From the NCBI GenBank assembly GCA_026770705.1, contig JANJGN010000003.1, positions 208,754,001 through 208,818,000 on the forward strand: a stretch of 64,000 nucleotides of DNA, in the 5' to 3' direction. The DNA is from Isurus oxyrinchus. Taxonomy: Eukaryota. This document shows, one piece after another, positions 62,103 to 64,000 of this stretch. The notes below the pieces were generated by a model that worked only from the letters and a program-made list of their open reading frames with translations, was not told the origin of the DNA and searched no databases. The translations under genes were made by a program, and so were the position numbers. Within the stretch, counting starts at the first letter, position 1, and each line of letters begins with the position of its first letter.

Positions 62103-64000
62103 ATGAAGTTTGTAAGATTGTTATGTTTTGGGACTGTATTTAATTTAGGGTAAAATGAAGGAATAAGGGAGCCATGTAACCCACTCTAAGTCCTGCAAGA
62201 CAATAAGCTTGGGTAGCTTGGTTGTTAAAGATTAAAGCGGGGGCTCCGGTTGTTTTACTGGAAGAAAGTGCAAGATGTTAACCATGTAAACAATGACCAG
62301 AATAGCAATACTGACAGTGCATCGGCTGTTAGACCTGAATTCTTATGAAGTCACCGAGACTCCACGGACCTTTAAAAATCTGGATTTGGAAATCCCACCT
62401 CCATTTCTGAAAGATCCTATTTTTGCCAGTAGGTGAAAGGGGGTGGAATATGACTCATACATGCAGGAAACTTGAACTCAACAATGTCCTTTGAACTCAG
62501 TGGTGCAGCAAGAGCCCCAACCCAAATGTGGGAGTCACAAATTTATGGAGTAGATGTAAAGACTTTTGAGGGATGAATAAGATCTGTATAACTTTCGTGA
62601 TGTGAAGTTATTCAAAGCCATGACCTTTAGAAATTTTTTAAAAAGGCAGCCTATGCCAACGAGAGTTGAAAGAATTCTTATCTAGCAGGTAGCTGTTAGC
62701 ATTTCTCCGTGGGCTATCATTATGTCATTGTGAATGCTTCGCTGCTTTCCAGATGCTATAATTATCTCAGCAGAGGTTTTGAAGTTCACCGTTTGATTGA
62801 CAGCTCAAAGAGATTATTGAAGGATTAGCTGTCTTTGATGTGGGTTATGGGTAGAAGTTTGTTTTTATAAGAGCTTAAACACCCGAGGAGCTTTATAAGC
62901 TTTGAATGGACTTTCATAAATGGGAGTGTTTTTAAAAAACTATAGCATTAAATATTTAGACCTTTATTTTATTCCATGGCTCATGATGTCTGCCCATGGT
63001 GGATACTGGGTGAATTGACATGGAGGGAGCAAGGGTCAAAGTTGATTGGTGGATTGGCATGGGTTGTCATTAAGTTGGCATGGGGGAATGAAGGTGGCAG
63101 GAGGACTGGGTAGGGGGGATGGGATATGGGAGTGGTGAGGGCTAGAGGGCCTAAAATTTAACAAAACAGCTGAGATAAAGTCCCAGTGAACTGAGGGGGG
63201 CCTTTTAACTGGCACTCAGAGATCCCTGTAGCCACCTGCAGCTGCATCCCATACCTACGCCAGGATAGAGCAAAGATCCCAACTTTTGGGAGAGCTTCTC
63301 CCAAGGTGGGTGCGGTGAGCTATGAAATTTCCTCGCTCGCACTTCCCACCTCGCGAGTGAAAATCCAGGCCTTAGTCTCCAAGTCTCACAGGGAAGTTTT
63401 AGGAATATCAGGTTTTGCAAACTTGTACAATTTAAACAGTCTATTTAATTTCAGGATAGAATGTAGATGGGGACTTAGAAACAAGTAAATCAGCATTTCT
63501 ATCTAGAAGCAAGGCCCCTGTGACTCATGGTGCCATGGAAATTGTCTTTGAAAGGGAGAGAGTCCATAGCAAGACATTGTAATAATGGGTTAAAGAGTTT
63601 TTCTCATGATATCCCTGAACCTCACAGACTGTTTAGTCTGCAAGATCCTGAGAGAGAGAGAGCACGAGCAAAAGATAAAGGCAGGCAGCCTCTATTGTTT
63701 ATCATGCATCAAATGCCAGTGGCCCAACTTTGTTTCCTTCATCCTTTATCCCTCTTTCCTACAACCACCCATCTAAATTTCACTAAAATGTTGGCAGGAT
63801 CTCTGCTTCAGTCATTAGCTTCAGTTGCGTATTCCCCAGCCTCACACCCCTCGGTATAAAAAAGATACTCCTGCTTCTCCTCTTATGTTTAATCTTATGT
63901 CCATATATCCTTACATAAACCCTTCAATGACTGGAAGCAGTTTACTTCTATCTACTTTGTTCCATCCTGTCACAATTTTAAGCATCTCCATCAAAGCATC

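Noticed and set aside
61-63859. Remaining short six-frame ORFs as genes
   Set aside because: Antisense or off-frame translations of TEs, or chance ORFs without recognisable domains or splice context.
60355-64000. Next Gly-X-Y exon
   Set aside because: No AG-flanked Gly-X-Y stretch found by eye.

Overview
Eukaryotic, repeat-dense vertebrate DNA. The CR1/L2/Penelope/Deu-SINE repertoire points to a cartilaginous fish (inference). The only host gene is a long-chain collagen VI gene (alpha3/4/5/6 group, most like COL6A6/COL6A4) on the + strand. Seven exons are visible: three at 14.9-15.6 kb and four at 59.4-60.4 kb. They encode the end of the last N-terminal vWA domain, the Cys-rich linker and the start of the Gly-X-Y helix, and a 43.8-kb intron separates the two clusters. 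Nearly everything else is decayed, often nested transposons. These include CR1 and L2 LINEs, a Gypsy element, and an env-less LTR element with two RNase H domains resembling lokiretrovirus/Odin elements. There are also solo LTRs, a young 5'-inverted Penelope with a minimal hammerhead ribozyme, and a two-gene PIF/Harbinger with a deletion derivative. Finally there are five copies of a multi-hairpin Harbinger-type MITE, a hAT derivative and Deu-domain SINEs. All alignments were done by eye; TE boundaries without a stated TSD are approximate.
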